IMG/VR virus record: IMGVR_UViG_3300005613_000001
Span: 434,001 to 498,000 of that record
Strand: one strand, 5' to 3'
DNA: 64,000 nt
Part shown: positions 61,230 to 64,000 of the stretch, piece after piece
How positions within the stretch are numbered: position 1 is the first letter of the stretch
Layout: every line of letters starts with the position of its first letter
Program-made: the position numbers and the translations under genes
Notes under the pieces: generated by a model
The model's input: the letters and a program-made list of their open reading frames with translations, nothing else
Databases searched by the model: none
What the model was told of the DNA's origin: nothing

Positions 61230-63380
61230 TTATCCTATTACTGGACCTATTCTTGGTACATCAAATACTCCTTCGCATTCATCCGGCCTCTTAGCGGAAG
61301 CAAATACTCTTTCACTCAAAGATTTTTCGGTAATGTGCAATAACATTGGGAAAATCGGGCACCTAGTAATACATCTGCCCACTAATACGGGATATAAACA
61401 CGGACCCATTTCTTCGGGAGTGGGATTATCAACACCAGGCGGGGGACAATCACGACCAGCAAACAGTAAAATATACTTTTCAGCAAAGAAAATATGTTGA
61501 TCTGCGTGATTGAAGTATAAATCTTTAGGAATATCTATTAAATATTTACCATTTAAAACAAATAAAGTTTTATCGGTTGGGCCTAAGCACCCTTCTTCAT
61601 CTCCTACTATTACGTGTTCATGTCCCAATGTGTGCCTTATGTAATCCCCGCCTGCTCGCACGAATATCTGCCCGCAGGTGTTGTTGGTATTTTCTTGCAA
61701 TCTGATTTCATGATGACCACAACAAGATCCCTTTTGAGGAGCCACTATTCTAATATATTGCTGATCCATTACCTCCTGAGATTGAGCATCATTCATCTCC
61801 ATCATTAGACCATAACCTGATCTAATTCTTACATAAGCATTCTTAGCCTTAGGGGCCGGAACTCCACCCTCTCTTCTTTTTGAAGATGGTTGCTCATTGT
61901 TAAAGTCAATCATCTCAAGTGTGTGATTGCTTGTGCTTTGCATGGTAATCCCACGACTCGGACCACCTATATCGCCAGGAAGTGTATCATCATTTAATTC
62001 AACTCTATTCCCATTAGCAGTTAATAGGAGAATTCCATTTCTAGCTGGACGAGGACGGGGAACCATATCAAGATCTTCATTGATCTGAGATGGAAGTGCC
62101 GTTACATCCCAAGGATCGTATTCTCCATCATCTGCTGGTGTCCTGCCCCCTCTTAAACCAGGAGGAGAATTTTCATCCCCGCCCCCAGGTTGATATTCTT
62201 CGTCATTTAATTCAACACGGTGTCCCGTCATAGATTTAAATAACATCTTACCCTTACACTCGTTCCTGCAACCCCAGTCAAAAGGTTCCTGTGATCGTTC
62301 CCATTTTGGTATACCTATAGGCTCGGCAACTGAATCGTCAAAAATTGCTGTGTGACCACCAAAAGTTAAAATTTGGATACCACTTTGAGGTAATTCTGCC
62401 TTATTATTTTGAGGCGTGCCTGGCCCCGTATAAGGCCGACATTCATTTTTATGTTTAAAATATTTATTTTGACATTCTCCTTGGAGAACAGCCTTATCAT
62501 CACAGCTTTCCATTTTTTCAATGGGGTTGCCTTCTTCATCAAGACAATCAGCATTCCCCGATGTGTTACCACAACATTGAGGGTGAGCCCACTGCCCAGC
62601 GTCATGCATATGATCGTCTTTAAAGATCATCCAGTTTCCCGTACTGGACATAAGCTCCATTCTCTTCCAACGATAATTACACTTAGGGTCACCATCATCC
62701 ATTTTAAGCATGTGTTTTTGAACACTCTTGATGCCCGATTGGTGTGGAATAGTGGCTCTTAGAAATGCATCAGGATCAACTTCAATTTCATTTAAAGAAT
62801 CAGGGTCAAACATCTGATAATTGTCAGTGTTCCACGGCGGTAAAACTTGTGATTCATCATTAGGGTCGCCCTCTCCTGGTCCAATGAAATATCCTTTTCG
62901 GGTGCCTTCATGAATATCATCATATTCCTTCATGGTCACAATGCTATCCCAAATCCTTGACCCTGACGTTCCTCTGTTTCTAGTCCAAATTGAACCTAAA
63001 TAATATGGGGCAAGACTATGACCAGCCTCAAAAATAACCATAATAGTCGAACCGGCAGGCGGCACTGCTACCATTCCTGAATCATCAAAACCACTATAAG
63101 ATGAGATTGGCGAAGCAAAAGGATATTTCTTGGTATTCATATCCGGCTTATGAAGATAAGGGCTAAAAAATCGCACCCGACCTTGTAAATGCGGATCTTC
63201 TGTGCTAATCACCCACGCCTTATACACAGACATCTCAGCGGGATTTCGATGGGGAACTTGATCTGTGCTATGTTTTATACTCCCAACAAATTGTGCCATG
63301 CTGAAAAGTTCATCTGATAACTTTTCTTCAAGCGATCTTATCCTTTGTCGTGATTCGTGTACTACTGAAAAAAATGACAT
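61230..63380 (-). CDS. Baseplate hub/central spike (gp5/VgrG-like OB fold plus beta-helix)
   Basis: A.V....DP..QGRV....P...G...PP.GS...V.FE.G....PY.LG.W, then repeated xSGH..xFDD-like strands. Confidence 0.85.
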   Translation of the reverse strand: MSFFSVVHESRQRIRSLEEKLSDELFSMAQFVGSIKHSTDQVPHRNPAEMSVYKAWVISTEDPHLQGRVRFFSPYLHKPDMNTKKYPFASPISSYSGFDDSGMVAVPPAGSTIMVIFEAGHSLAPYYLGSIWTRNRGTSGSRIWDSIVTMKEYDDIHEGTRKGYFIGPGEGDPNDESQVLPPWNTDNYQMFDPDSLNEIEVDPDAFLRATIPHQSGIKSVQKHMLKMDDGDPKCNYRWKRMELMSSTGNWMIFKDDHMHDAGQWAHPQCCGNTSGNADCLDEEGNPIEKMESCDDKAVLQGECQNKYFKHKNECRPYTGPGTPQNNKAELPQSGIQILTFGGHTAIFDDSVAEPIGIPKWERSQEPFDWGCRNECKGKMLFKSMTGHRVELNDEEYQPGGGDENSPPGLRGGRTPADDGEYDPWDVTALPSQINEDLDMVPRPRPARNGILLLTANGNRVELNDDTLPGDIGGPSRGITMQSTSNHTLEMIDFNNEQPSSKRREGGVPAPKAKNAYVRIRSGYGLMMEMNDAQSQEVMDQQYIRIVAPQKGSCCGHHEIRLQENTNNTCGQIFVRAGGDYIRHTLGHEHVIVGDEEGCLGPTDKTLFVLNGKYLIDIPKDLYFNHADQHIFFAEKYILLFAGRDCPPPGVDNPTPEEMGPCLYPVLVGRCITRCPIFPMLLHITEKSLSERVFASAKRPDECEGVFDVPRIGPVIG

Positions 63381-64000
63381 TTAAGGTTTTAATCTCCCAT
63401 TTAAATAATCTATACCACAGGAATCCCGGCCTCCCAATGGCACATCTTTATTCATTACTACGCCCGGCGCTCGCAATCCCAACTTTAATATAGTGTGATA
63501 TGAACCCTCTTTTATCTGGTGGTCTACCCCTTCAATTAGCCAATTTCTATTAGTCAACAAAGGATTACAAGGTGGCTTTACTGTATAATCGCCGCAATTA
63601 GTTTGATTATCACTTCCCCGTAGGTGGAAAGGATTGACAACAACTACAGTAACATACCTACTTGTCAACAGTAATACTTTTGAATAAAAAGGATCACCCT
63701 GAATAATAAGATTTGCTGAAACTGCATCAGCATGAATAAGCTGCGCTTTCTCATTGGCTTCTAATGATGTTGCTTGTTCTTCGGCTGCCTTATCTTTAAA
63801 TTGATGTTGTATATCATCTGGAATTGGAGCACTCGATCCTTCTCCCTGCCCTGTTATTTGAGGACAAATTCTTGACTGTGGCTCTTTTTGAGCCGCTGGT
63901 TTACCACCAGCATCACTAATACTACTCCCAGGATGTACCGTGGGCGGAAATACAGTAATTTTTGGATCAAATTTAATAACCGGACTACACGAACCTCCAT
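63381..64000 (-). CDS. Baseplate hub / tail protein (gp27/gpD-like), 5' end outside the window
   Basis: The frame stays open to the window edge (manual translation); ANLIIQGDP and WLIEGVDHQI..G.YHT.LKL. Confidence 0.7.
   Translation of the reverse strand, partial: GGSCSPVIKFDPKITVFPPTVHPGSSISDAGGKPAAQKEPQSRICPQITGQGEGSSAPIPDDIQHQFKDKAAEEQATSLEANEKAQLIHADAVSANLIIQGDPFYSKVLLLTSRYVTVVVVNPFHLRGSDNQTNCGDYTVKPPCNPLLTNRNWLIEGVDHQIKEGSYHTILKLGLRAPGVVMNKDVPLGGRDSCGIDYLNGRLKP

Noticed and set aside
61225-61500. 91-aa minus-strand ORF overlapping the spike gene end
   Set aside because: Fully nested in another frame of the gp5-like gene with no SD; the gp25-like gene already starts 4 nt after the spike stop.

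Overview
The window is a gene-dense, AT-rich segment of a large contractile-tailed (T4-like, probably jumbo) bacteriophage genome, and both ends cut through genes. Phage markers are a T4 gp17-like large terminase (3.1-4.9 kb), a baseplate block (gp5/VgrG-like, gp25-like, gp6-like, P2 gpI-like; 56-64 kb), fibre proteins, a DnaG-like primase, a RecB-family nuclease and an HNH endonuclease. No capsid, portal, tRNA, rRNA or CRISPR array is visible. The accessory content is envelope-oriented. It includes a translationally coupled MotA/ExbB-like + ExbD/MotB-like + third membrane protein + GT9 cluster upstream of an actin-like ATPase, an MscL channel with an altered hinge, and three proteases. There is also a glycosylation/sulfation toolkit (GT2-TPR-methyltransferase beside a collagen fibre, GT9, five sulfotransferase-like genes) and a sigma70-driven operon of one endonuclease-like gene plus three DNA methyltransferases. 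Two promoter classes are visible: near-perfect sigma70 promoters on a few probable early genes, and TAAATA/TATATA hexamers 4-7 nt upstream of many start codons (probable leaderless late mRNAs). All family calls come from motif recognition by eye, not database searches. The host cannot be determined; one GC-rich gene hints at a GC-richer donor or host.
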